Below are positions 38,042 to 46,589 of a stretch of DNA of 64,000 bases, in pieces. Source of the DNA: an uncultured bacterium (GTDB lineage Bacteria; Auribacterota; Erginobacteria; Erginobacterales; Erginobacteraceae). Under the pieces are notes generated by a model. The model was not told the DNA's origin. It saw only the letters and a list, made by a program, of their open reading frames with translations, and ran no database searches. A program made the position numbers and the translations under genes. The stretch spans positions 249,300-313,299 of the forward strand of contig CAWGIE010000019.1 in the NCBI GenBank assembly GCA_963822585.1, in the 5' to 3' direction. How positions within the stretch are numbered: position 1 is the stretch's first letter; every line of letters starts with the position of its first letter.

Positions 38042-40213
38042 TCACAAGGGAATATCGGAGTCCCAGGAAGCGAAATCGAGGCCGGTGACGGCAGCGGCGA
38101 CCGTGGCGGCCTCGGTGGCCAGATCCATGGAGGCGATCACCAGGGCGCCGGACCGGCGGACATCGACCGGAGGGAGATCCCAGGTGTGCTCCTCGCGGCG
38201 GATACGCGCGGTTTCTTCCTCAACCGCCTGACGGAATTTCTCCAGGCCGGCGGGGGCTTTCGCTATCTCTTCTTCCCGGAAGAGATCGCGGCAATACCGG
38301 AAGTCCTCCTCGATACCCCGACGCAGATCTTCGAGGACATTCTCCAGACGCCCGATCGGGGGTCGTCCGGAAAGGCTCGCCCGGACCCGGAAGAGGGCGA
38401 GGAGACGGAAAGAGAGCACCTGGAGGAGCGGGAGCAGCCGTTCGACTTTCGCCCGCTCCTCCGGACGGAAGAAACGGAGCTGGGAGAGCCACTGCCGGCA
38501 CCCGTTCAGGAAGACGGGGGTGCGGTCGGAGACGGCGCGGCTGGTCCCTTCCAGCGAGATACCTCCCTTCTCCTTCAAGAGGGATTCCCGGAAGAGATCG
38601 AAGAGGCGGGCCAGATTCCGCAGAAGCTCCCGGCGGGGAACTGCCGGCCAGAGAAACCGGACTACCAGCGCTCCCAAAAGGGCCCCCAGGATGATGCCGA
38701 TCGAACGGTTGAGGGCGGGGACGATGGAGAAGCTCTGCTGATAGCCCTGGGCCACGGTGAGGAGAAAACAGATCCCTGCCTGGAAGCCGGTATAGGCGTA
38801 ACGAGGGGGTCCGGCGTTGACAAGGGCGGCCAGAAAGATCACACCGAAGATCAGGAGGGCGAATCCCCAGATACTTTCCAGATGCGGCAGCACCAGGACA
38901 TAGGCGCCCAGCGCCAGGCCGCACCCGGCCAGGGCGCCGGAGAGTCGGCTGATCGATTTGATGTTGACGTCCCGGATGGACGGCTGGGCGGTCACCACCA
39001 GAAACGAGATCACCGCCTGCATCCCCGCCGGCCACCGGAAGTACCACCAGCCATAGAGAGCGATCACGATCCCGACGGCGATCCGGACGGCGAACTTGAA
39101 CCGGTCCGGGTCGAACCGGAACCGGCGGCCTTCCGGCGTGGGTCCGGGGGAAGAACCGGATGGCGAAGAGGAGAGAATAGTTGTCAACTCCTCCCGGGCG
39201 GAAGCGAGGGAAGAGACGCAGTCGCCCAGTGTATTGAAGAAGGCCAGCACCCGGAGGGCGGTCTCCAGGGGATAGCCAAGGGGAATTTTTTGTTTCCGGA
39301 GGCTGTCGAGGCGGACTTCAAGTTCCCGGAACCGCGCCCGATATCCGGCTGCCCCCTCCAGATGTCCGTCCGTCAAAGCCCGGCCGAAGTTCTCCAGTTC
39401 CTGACGGACGGCGGCGCCGAAGAGGTTCAGCTCTTTTATGAAGGCATTCCGGTATTCCCCCGCGATCTCCCCTTCCAGGCACTGACGCAGACCGGTGAGC
39501 GAGATGAAGAACTGCTTTAACCGGAGGATGAAGGAGAGGTAATGTTCTTTTCGCCGCCGGATGGTCCCGCTCTCCCGGGCGGCGTAATGAAGCAGATTCT
39601 CCATCCGGGAGAAACCTTCCCGTACCGTCATGCCGCGGAGATCGAGGCCGGCGGCCGGTTTCCGGCCGGCCACGAAAATATCGGCCAGCTCCGCGTAATA
39701 GGCCTCCATGTCGCGGAGGGCGCTCCGGATCGCGGCGGAGAGGGCGTCTCCGGCCCGCCGCGGCCAGAGAGAAGCATTGACGAAGATCGCCACCAGGACG
39801 CCCAGGGCGACCTCGGCGCAGCGGTAGGATGCCGTAGACCAGACCAGAGAGGGCTCCTGAAGACCGGAGAAGATGATGATCACCATGGTGCCCACACCCA
39901 TGATGACAGCGTAATTGCCCGCGGCCAGGTAAACGAAGACAACGATCACTACCGCCAGGATGGCGGTGAAGAGGGAGGGGGTCTGGACAAAGGCGGTCGT
40001 TAACAGGACCCCGGCCAGGGCGCCCAGCCAGGTCCCGAACAGCCTCAGGATGCTCTTCTCCAGGGAAGCGCCTAGATAGGGGAGCATGACCACCAGGACG
40101 GTGATGCCCGCCCAGTAGGGGCGATCCCAGTGAAACCACATGGCCAGAACGACGGCGGCGGCGACGCCGAGGGCGGTCTTCAGGGCATACTGAAGGCGGC
40201 GGAACCCGGTCAT
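38042..40213 (-). CDS. FUSC-family (fusaric acid resistance / AaeB-like) efflux protein.
   Basis: 723 aa. The N-terminus LKTALGVAAAVVLAMWFHWDRPYWAGITVLVVM is typical of the family, and the TM domain is duplicated. It overlaps the upstream adaptor gene by 1 nt. Confidence 0.8.
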   Translation of the reverse strand: MTGFRRLQYALKTALGVAAAVVLAMWFHWDRPYWAGITVLVVMLPYLGASLEKSILRLFGTWLGALAGVLLTTAFVQTPSLFTAILAVVIVVFVYLAAGNYAVIMGVGTMVIIIFSGLQEPSLVWSTASYRCAEVALGVLVAIFVNASLWPRRAGDALSAAIRSALRDMEAYYAELADIFVAGRKPAAGLDLRGMTVREGFSRMENLLHYAARESGTIRRRKEHYLSFILRLKQFFISLTGLRQCLEGEIAGEYRNAFIKELNLFGAAVRQELENFGRALTDGHLEGAAGYRARFRELEVRLDSLRKQKIPLGYPLETALRVLAFFNTLGDCVSSLASAREELTTILSSSPSGSSPGPTPEGRRFRFDPDRFKFAVRIAVGIVIALYGWWYFRWPAGMQAVISFLVVTAQPSIRDVNIKSISRLSGALAGCGLALGAYVLVLPHLESIWGFALLIFGVIFLAALVNAGPPRYAYTGFQAGICFLLTVAQGYQQSFSIVPALNRSIGIILGALLGALVVRFLWPAVPRRELLRNLARLFDLFRESLLKEKGGISLEGTSRAVSDRTPVFLNGCRQWLSQLRFFRPEERAKVERLLPLLQVLSFRLLALFRVRASLSGRPPIGRLENVLEDLRRGIEEDFRYCRDLFREEEIAKAPAGLEKFRQAVEEETARIRREEHTWDLPPVDVRRSGALVIASMDLATEAATVAAAVTGLDFASWDSDIPL

Positions 40214-41088
40214 CAGCGGTGGGAGCCTCGGATATAGACGGTGGCGGTTTCTCCCATCCGGAGCGGATGGGAGGGATCGGGTTCGTCCAGCTCGATCCGG
40301 ACCGGGAAGCGCTGGGCCAGACGGATCCAGTCGATGGTCGGTTTCACCCGAGGGAGGAGATCGTCTTTCTTGCCGTCTCCCCGCTCGATCCCGGAGCCGA
40401 TGCTCTCCACCCGCCCGGTCAGCACCCGGCCGGGATCACCGAGCAGGACCACCTCGGCCCGGTCCCCGGGCCGGATCCGGGGAAGCCAGGTCTCCTTGAA
40501 ATAGGCCTCCACCCAGCAATCGTCGATCTCGATCAGGGCGAAGAGAGGGTCCCCGGTCCGCACATAGGTCCCGGGCCCCAGCTCCAGGCCGGTCACGACG
40601 CCGTCCGCCGGGGCATGGACCTTCGTGAACTCGAGCTGCTGGCGGACATGCTCGATCTCGGCCCGGGAGAGATCGACCTGCGCCTTGGCCTCCTGTTCCA
40701 GGGAGGAGAACTTCTGGTAGACCTCCTGGGCGATCAGTCCGTCGGGGACCAGCTTGTTCCGGCGCTTCTCTTCATCGAGGGCGTTCTGGTGAACGATCAT
40801 ATCCTTATTGAGGGCCGCCTGGGCCTTCTCAAACGCCACCCGGTAGACGGAGGGGTCGATCTCCAGGAGGAGATCGCCTTTCTTCACCCGCTGGTTGTCC
40901 CGGACCACGATCCGGCTGATCGGGCCGCTTACCCGGGCGGTAATCCCGATCACGTTGGCCCGGACTTGTCCGTCCCGGGTCCAGGGGTCGCGGAAGAGTT
41001 TGTGGTAATAGACGATACCGACCAGGACCGCTACGGCGACGACAACGACAGTCACCATATGCTTGATCTGCAGTCTTTTATTTTTCAT
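40213..41088 (-). CDS. HlyD/AaeA-like membrane-fusion (periplasmic adaptor) protein.
   Basis: 291 aa. It has an N-terminal TM helix, V.ANVIGITARVSGPI..I.V.DNQRVKKGDLLLEID, a coiled-coil hairpin and a beta-barrel C-terminus. Confidence 0.8.
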   Translation of the reverse strand: MKNKRLQIKHMVTVVVVAVAVLVGIVYYHKLFRDPWTRDGQVRANVIGITARVSGPISRIVVRDNQRVKKGDLLLEIDPSVYRVAFEKAQAALNKDMIVHQNALDEEKRRNKLVPDGLIAQEVYQKFSSLEQEAKAQVDLSRAEIEHVRQQLEFTKVHAPADGVVTGLELGPGTYVRTGDPLFALIEIDDCWVEAYFKETWLPRIRPGDRAEVVLLGDPGRVLTGRVESIGSGIERGDGKKDDLLPRVKPTIDWIRLAQRFPVRIELDEPDPSHPLRMGETATVYIRGSHR

Positions 41089-41115
41089 AATTTATCTTCA
41101 AATAAGGCCTCATTA

Positions 41116-41352
41116 GAGTTTACTCGAAAAGAACGTGAGCTCCCAAATCCTAATATCTTCAGCCAAAGGCTGATCCGCCCCTGGCGGAAAATACTAAATC
41201 CTAAATAATATCAAATGACCCAAACTAAAAATCCAAAGCAACGGGGCTAAAACCGGGGATATTTGGAACATTTGATCATTTGGATTTTGGATTTGTTTAG
41301 GATTTCGATATTAGGATTTAGGATTTCCTGCTCGAAAACCATTTCGAGCAGG
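41116..41352 (-). repeat. Copy 2 (inverted) of the 'AAATCC-word' element. It lies between the aaeX-like and aaeA-like genes.
   Basis: Its reverse complement is collinear with 26711-26925. Confidence 0.8.
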
Positions 41353-41357
41353 CTCTG

Positions 41358-41564
41358 TTATGGCAGGAAGACGATCTCCAGGGTGAAGGTGACGATGGTC
41401 CAGAGGGCCAGGAAAAAGAGCGGCAGATGCCAGATGAAACGGCTCCAGCCCCGGCGGCGGAGCAGGGTGATCGTCAGCCAGGCGAAAGTGAAACCGGCGA
41501 TCCCGCAGAACAGAAGCCGCGGAACCAGTATCCCCCCGATCGAGATCTCCGCCGGTATGATCAT
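41358..41564 (-). CDS. DUF1656 / AaeX-like small membrane protein.
   Basis: 68 aa from an ATG preceded by GGAGG. The segment ...RFIWHLPLFFLALWTIVTF... resembles E. coli AaeX (...DFVWHPALFNTALYCCLF...). The track ORF 41358..41696 is an over-extension. Confidence 0.65.
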   Translation of the reverse strand: MIIPAEISIGGILVPRLLFCGIAGFTFAWLTITLLRRRGWSRFIWHLPLFFLALWTIVTFTLEIVFLP

Positions 41565-41724
41565 AATTCCTCCGTTCACTTCTTGTTTAGGCGACGCATG
41601 AAAGCCAGCTCGCGGGATGCCTTTATTTTTATAGACCGATCTCAATAAAAATACCAGTTGGAAATCCAATCGCTCCGCCGTTCGGACATTGTACAAAACT
41701 ACCCCGATTTATGAATGAATCGGG

Positions 41725-43344
41725 TTAAAAGCGGAAAAGGGCATAGGAACAGGGGGCGCACTCGGCCTTTAGCCCTTCTTTCCCCCAGGAAAGAAGGACG
41801 CCCCGCCCCTGAATAAGTTCAGTCCTGCCCGTCCGCGGGCCGGACGGGCAGGACGCACGTACCTTTCGCCCGGACGGGTTGAGGACCACCAGGAACCGGG
41901 CGTCGCCCAACGCCCGCTCGTAGATGAAGGGGTACCGGTTTTTTTTCGCGTAGCGGACCTTGAAGGATCCGTCAGGGCCGAGGGCCGGGTTCTCCCGGCG
42001 AAGGGCGATCAGGCCGCGCACCCGGTTGAGCAGGGAACCGGGATCGTTCTCCTGGGCGGCAACGGAGGGACGGTCCGGATCGGGATCGAGGGGAAGGTAA
42101 AAACGGGAGGGGAGGGCGCGGGAGAAACCGGCCCGGGAAGTGCCGTCCCACTGCATCGGCGTCCGGGAGCCGGTCCGGTTGTACCCTCCCTCCTTCGACG
42201 GAAGGTCGGGGAGGTAGCGCATCCCGATCTCGTCTCCGTAGTAGATCGCCGGGACGCCGGGGAGGGTCAGGAGGCAGGCGAAAACGACTTCCAGGTCTTC
42301 CCGGGTGCGGCCGAGGCTGATCCGGGGAAGATCGTGGTTCCCGCTGGGGATGGAGACGTAGCCCTCCCCGGCGGGTGGCGCCAGATATCCGAGATACTCG
42401 CCGGTAAAGCGGGTGATGTCACCGCGGCCGGCGCGGTCGAAGAAGCTGCGTCCGCCTGTTCCCGGGTAGAGGTTCCGGCCGTCTTCCGCCCGGAAGAGCG
42501 AGGTGTAGCCGCCGGAAGCGAAGTGGAGGAGGAAATCAATATGAAAACCGGCCCGGATCGCCCGGTCCGGCCGCGACCACTCGGCGATGAAGGCCGCCTG
42601 GGGGTACTCCTTCCGCATCCGGGGGAGGATGGTCCGCCAGAGGGCGACCGTGGCCGCCTGGTCCGGGTCGTTCTTCACCATGCTGAAGGCCATGTCGATC
42701 CGGAACCCGTCCGCGCCCCGGTCGAGCCAGAAGCGCATGATCTTCGTCATCTCCCCCGTCAGCCGTCGCACCTCCGGATGCCGGGGGGAGATTTGCCAGG
42801 GCTTTTCCGGATCCGGGCGGGCGAAGCCGTAGTTGAGGGCGGGCTGGAACCAGAAGAAGTTGGCCAGGTAGTTCCCGTTCCTCTCCCCGTACCCGCGGAC
42901 AAACCGGAGTCCCGGCTCCTTCTCCCAGACCGACCCCGTCCAGATGTACCGGCGGGCGAAGCGGCCCGGGCGCCGGGCGGCGGAATCCCGGAACCAGGGA
43001 TGCTCGATCGAAGTGTGGGCGGCGACCAGGTCGAGGACGACTTTCATTCCCCGCCGGTGAGCTTCCCGGAAAAGCCGGCCAAGATCGCGGTTGGTGCCGT
43101 AGCGGGGAGCCACCCGGCAGAAGTCGGAAACGTCATACCCGGCGTCCCGGAAAGGAGAGACGAAGACCGGCGTCAGCCAGATCACGTCGCAGCCGAGCGA
43201 TCGAATGTAATCCAGTTTCTCGATCACCCCCCCGATATCGCCGATCCCGTCCCCGTTGGAGTCGCGGAAACTCTGCGGGTAAACCTGGTAGATGACGGCG
43301 GAGCGGAGCCAGGCGGGAATATTCTCTTTCTTCTTTTTACTCAT
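41725..43344 (-). CDS. GH13 alpha-amylase-family glycoside hydrolase (oligo-1,6-glucosidase / trehalose synthase-like).
   Basis: 539 aa. Motifs: VIYQVYPQSFRDSNGDGIGDIGGVIEKLDYIRSLGCDVIWLTPV...VVLDLVAAHTS.EHPWF...GFRIDMA...AEW... Confidence 0.85.
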   Translation of the reverse strand: MSKKKKENIPAWLRSAVIYQVYPQSFRDSNGDGIGDIGGVIEKLDYIRSLGCDVIWLTPVFVSPFRDAGYDVSDFCRVAPRYGTNRDLGRLFREAHRRGMKVVLDLVAAHTSIEHPWFRDSAARRPGRFARRYIWTGSVWEKEPGLRFVRGYGERNGNYLANFFWFQPALNYGFARPDPEKPWQISPRHPEVRRLTGEMTKIMRFWLDRGADGFRIDMAFSMVKNDPDQAATVALWRTILPRMRKEYPQAAFIAEWSRPDRAIRAGFHIDFLLHFASGGYTSLFRAEDGRNLYPGTGGRSFFDRAGRGDITRFTGEYLGYLAPPAGEGYVSIPSGNHDLPRISLGRTREDLEVVFACLLTLPGVPAIYYGDEIGMRYLPDLPSKEGGYNRTGSRTPMQWDGTSRAGFSRALPSRFYLPLDPDPDRPSVAAQENDPGSLLNRVRGLIALRRENPALGPDGSFKVRYAKKNRYPFIYERALGDARFLVVLNPSGRKVRASCPSGPRTGRTELIQGRGVLLSWGKEGLKAECAPCSYALFRF

Positions 43345-43435
43345 AACAATACCGACACCAGGGAGCTTTCCTGCCGGAATGCATGGCCATGTTGTATCAT
43401 AGCCACATCCCGCCCGGAAAAGAAAAATATTTCTA

Positions 43436-43463
43436 TTGACTTGGGGAGAGGAAAGCGTAGAGT
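43436..43463 (+). promoter_or_regulatory. Candidate promoter of csp copy 1.
   Basis: TTGACT-N16-TAGAGT. The same hexamers with the same spacing recur upstream of copy 2 (43944-43971). Confidence 0.6.
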
Positions 43464-43511
43464 AGTCGCGTCTTAAGTAAGCATTGGTTCAACAGGTGTC
43501 ATACCCTGATC

Positions 43512-43550
43512 GGTCGCAAGTGCCTTACTGGAGCTTGCGGCCTTTTTTTT
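43512..43550 (+). promoter_or_regulatory. Terminator-like hairpin plus T8 inside the csp copy 1 leader (candidate attenuator).
   Basis: ggtcgcaag...cttgcggcc followed by tttttttt, about 90 nt upstream of the ATG. Confidence 0.55.
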
Positions 43551-43637
43551 GAGCCAATCCGGGGAGTGGATTACCATCGGGAGAAGGTCTCCCGGTACAC
43601 CTCCGGTTCGAACAATGCAGTATAGGAGATAGCCATA

Positions 43638-43844
43638 ATGACTAAGGGTACAGTCAAATGGTTCAACGACCGCAAGGGCTTTGGATTCATCGCCCTGGAA
43701 AACGGCGAGGACGTCTTTGTCCATCACAGCGCCATCCAGAGTGACGGGTTCAAGTCATTGAATGAAGGCGAAATCGTGGAATTCGACGTCGCCCCCGGCC
43801 GGAAGGGCCAACAGGCCATCAACGTGGTCCGTTCCCAGCAGTAA
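43638..43844 (+). CDS. Cold-shock protein (CspA family).
   Basis: 68 aa. [33 protein letters not shown] contains the RNP1 (KGFGFI) and RNP2 (VFVHH) motifs. Confidence 0.95.
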   Translation: MTKGTVKWFNDRKGFGFIALENGEDVFVHHSAIQSDGFKSLNEGEIVEFDVAPGRKGQQAINVVRSQQ

Positions 43845-43864
43845 ACACGGCCGTGTTGTACGGA

Positions 43865-43907
43865 ACAGGCCCCGGTTTTCATCCGAAAACCGGGGCCTGT
43901 TTTTTTA
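43865..43907 (+). terminator. Intrinsic terminator after csp copy 1.
   Basis: The stem acaggccccggtttt / aaaaccggggcctgt is followed by a T-run. Confidence 0.85.
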
Positions 43908-43943
43908 AGGGCGGATGAGCATCGAAAAGAGGTAAAATAACTA

Positions 43944-43971
43944 TTGACTTATAAACTGAGGAGAGTAGAGT
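43944..43971 (+). promoter_or_regulatory. Candidate promoter of csp copy 2.
   Basis: TTGACT-N16-TAGAGT. Confidence 0.6.
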
Positions 43972-44022
43972 AGTCACCACAGTATTAGTAAGCCTTGGTT
44001 CAACAGGTAATTTCACCTGAGC

Positions 44023-44062
44023 GGTCGTGAGTGTCTTACAAAAACTCGCGGCCGTTTTTTTT
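44023..44062 (+). promoter_or_regulatory. Terminator-like hairpin plus T8 inside the csp copy 2 leader (candidate attenuator).
   Basis: ggtcgtgag...ctcgcggcc, then g, then tttttttt. Base pairs differ from copy 1 in a compensatory way. Confidence 0.55.
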
Positions 44063-44160
44063 GGACCGGCGCCGGCAAGGTGTTGTGTTTGGATCGGAAG
44101 AATGTCTTCCGTCCCGCACGGTCCGGAAAAATGACATCATACAATAAGGAGTAGATTGTC

Positions 44161-44367
44161 ATGGCAACAGGAACAGTGAAGTGGTTTAACGATAGTAAGG
44201 GTTATGGATTCATAGCCCTGGATGGCGGTGAGGACGTCTTTGTCCATCACAGCGAGATCAAGACCGAAGGTTTTCGGACCCTGAGCGAGGGAGAGGCCGT
44301 CGAGTTCGAGGTCGCCCCCGGCCGTAAGGGTCAGCAGGCCATCAACGTAGTCTCCGCGCAGAAGTAA
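44161..44367 (+). CDS. Cold-shock protein (CspA family), second copy.
   Basis: 68 aa. [33 protein letters not shown]. Confidence 0.95.
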   Translation: MATGTVKWFNDSKGYGFIALDGGEDVFVHHSEIKTEGFRTLSEGEAVEFEVAPGRKGQQAINVVSAQK

Positions 44368-44395
44368 GCACCCGGCAAGTCCGCGAACGCGGGAA

Positions 44396-44437
44396 AAAGC
44401 CCCGGTTCTCATAATGAGAACCGGGGCTTTTTTTTTG
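44396..44437 (+). terminator. Intrinsic terminator after csp copy 2.
   Basis: The stem aaagccccggttctc / gagaaccggggcttt is followed by a T-run. Confidence 0.85.
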
Positions 44438-44520
44438 AAGCAACCGTTCGACGCCGGGCAGGAGAGGCAAAAGTTAAGATAGGGGCCACCGGAGAACCAT
44501 GTACGATCTCCCGGGAGGGA

Positions 44521-44745
44521 TCAGCGGCAGCCGAACAGGCGCAGCAGGTAATAGGCGACGCCGGGGATTGTGAGGAGCCACGCACAGACAATCCTGCCGG
44601 CGATGCCCCAGCGGACCGCCGAGATGCGGTGGGCCGACCCCACCCCGACAATCGCTCCGGTGATGGTGTGGGTGGTGGAAACCGGGACCCCCAGAAAGGT
44701 GGGGAGGAAAAGGGTGCCTGCCGCGGCCGGCGAAAAAAAGAACGA
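44521..44745 (-). pseudogene. 3' remnant of a PiT-family inorganic phosphate transporter gene.
   Basis: Only the last ~70 codons look like PiT (LGVPVSTTHTITGAIVGVGSAHRISAVRWGIAGRIVCAWLLTIPG...). The upstream part of ORF 44521..44892 has no PiT character, and about 250-350 N-terminal residues are missing. Confidence 0.6.
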
Positions 44746-44844
44746 GATAGAAGCAGGAAATCTGTTTACCCCCGGTGGGAGATAAATATTGTCCCGGCGG
44801 AATATAATCGAGTATTCTCTCCCTAAAAATATCGGGAGGGATGA

Positions 44845-45261
44845 ATGGCCAGAGTGATTAATCGTAACTCGCCGGGTAAACGGCGGGGGCACCTGATGCG
44901 GACCGTGGCCGAGATTCAGCGGCGGCTGCTCCGGAAGCAGGCGGTGGACGAAGACGTGAAAGACATGCTGGCGATGGCGGTCTTCTGTCTCCGGGAGATC
45001 GGGGAGACGGTCCGGGAGACCGTGGATGCCTGGGATGAACGCGGTTACTGGAAGAAGGCCGCGGACTTCGAAACCGGGTGGGAGTGGGCGGGAGAGACGG
45101 CCGATGAGATTGAGACGATCCTGCGCGGGGAGAGATGGGAGGCGCTTCCCGGTCTTCTGATCGCGCTGGCCGGCCGGACCGCCGCCATCGAGGTCAACAC
45201 CTTCACGCGGAAAGAGACCCTCTGGAAGGGCTGCTTCCGGAAACTGATGGAAGACAGCTGA
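44845..45261 (+). CDS. Hypothetical protein.
   Basis: 138 aa with a GGGAGGG SD upstream. I recognised no family. Confidence 0.5.
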   Translation: MARVINRNSPGKRRGHLMRTVAEIQRRLLRKQAVDEDVKDMLAMAVFCLREIGETVRETVDAWDERGYWKKAADFETGWEWAGETADEIETILRGERWEALPGLLIALAGRTAAIEVNTFTRKETLWKGCFRKLMEDS

Positions 45262-45726
45262 TCCCCCCGCCTCACCCCCTTTTTAACAGACGATCGAATG
45301 TGATCGGATATGAGTGTTCCCCCTACCTCTCCCCCTTTCGGTCCACTGATTACACAGATTTTTACCCCGCGGCGCCGAAGGCACTTTGCGGGGACTCTGA
45401 ATGCTCCTACCGCCTCGCCCCCCTTAAATAGCCGCAAAACGTAGTCCCGGGGAGACCGGAACGGTGTCTTTTCGGGAGGTGCATAAAACGCAAAAGTTCC
45501 CCCTGCGTCGCCCCCTGGATATCATTGAACGTTGAGCGTTGAATGTTGAATGTTGAACGTTTATTTTTTCCCCTATCCGGGCGAATACCGGGGTTCGCCC
45601 CCACCGATCATTTGGCGTTCGACATTAGGCTTTTCCCAACGCCGTTATTCACCGATCACTGATTACCGATTACTGATTACCGTGTTCCCGGACGTCCTGC
45701 TCTATGCCCTATGCGCTATGCTTTTA

Positions 45727-46290
45727 TTATTTCTTCCGGTGATACATCCAGTAAATGACTACGGCGATAATCACCAGGGCGATGATCGCCACCAGCAATA
45801 TGTACTGGTAGAGAAGGGTAGCCAACACGGCCAGGATGAAGAGCAGCCCCCCGATCAGGGCGAAGATGGAGTCATAATAGAGCCCGGCCAGAAACGTGGT
45901 CAGTGCCAGGAGAAGCAGAATCACCAGGCCGGCCGTGATGTTGTCCGCGATCCCGGCATAGACCAGCAGATGAACGTGGAAGATGATGATCAGGAGGGCC
46001 AGCCAGTGAAGAACACCGTGCCAGATGGCCACACCCGTGATCTTCCGGGGTTTCGGCCTGTCGATCCGGCTCATCCAGAGCGAGAGGACGGCAAAGACCA
46101 CCACCGAGCATGTCCAGTACCAGCGGGAGAAAGATGATCCCCCCGAGCCCGTTCGGCCCATACAGGTAATGATGATCCCGACCAGGGATACGACCAGCAG
46201 AATAGTACTGACCACCAAGCGGGCTTTCCAGTGTTTAAGTACCAGATCGGTGTGCAAACTCCCGTCGGCCCTCTCTTCTACGGTGCTCAT
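45727..46290 (-). CDS. Hypothetical membrane protein (about 5-6 TM helices).
   Basis: 187 aa and very hydrophobic. I recognised no family. Confidence 0.5.
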   Translation of the reverse strand: MSTVEERADGSLHTDLVLKHWKARLVVSTILLVVSLVGIIITCMGRTGSGGSSFSRWYWTCSVVVFAVLSLWMSRIDRPKPRKITGVAIWHGVLHWLALLIIIFHVHLLVYAGIADNITAGLVILLLLALTTFLAGLYYDSIFALIGGLLFILAVLATLLYQYILLVAIIALVIIAVVIYWMYHRKK

Positions 46291-46331
46291 GGCTCTCCTC
46301 CTTTCTATAACGTTATCCGGGAAATTATTTT

Positions 46332-46541
46332 ACCACGAAGGACACGAAGAACACGAAGGTAAATATTCAGAAAATTTGATAGCGATGCGGTGAATCAATC
46401 ACCATGTGATTTTTCTCAAGATAGAGGTTGATGTAGGCTGCTATAATACTTCCCCCTCTTTAATAAATGTATAGATTCGTACCAGACAGATATGTTTGTT
46501 TTTACACATGTCCTCTTCGTGATCTTCGTGTCCTTCGTGGT
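46332..46541. repeat. Inverted-repeat cassette. 'CCACGAAGGACACGAAGAACACGAAG' arms flank a ~150-bp AT-rich, ORF-less loop.
   Basis: The left arm is 46332-46359 and the right arm is 46512-46541 (imperfect reverse complement). Confidence 0.75.
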
Positions 46542-46589
46542 TCTAATTACTTTTATTTCAATGTGATACGTTTTCCGAACAGGGTATAA

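Noticed and set aside
41565-41696. The N-terminal 44-codon extension of the AaeX-like ORF and similar longest-ORF extensions (50853..52304, 55790..55873, 58897..58938, 59793..59906, 61019..61063, 12288..12335).
   Set aside because: The internal ATGs have proper Shine-Dalgarno sequences and match family N-termini. The extensions run into repeats or into the upstream gene.
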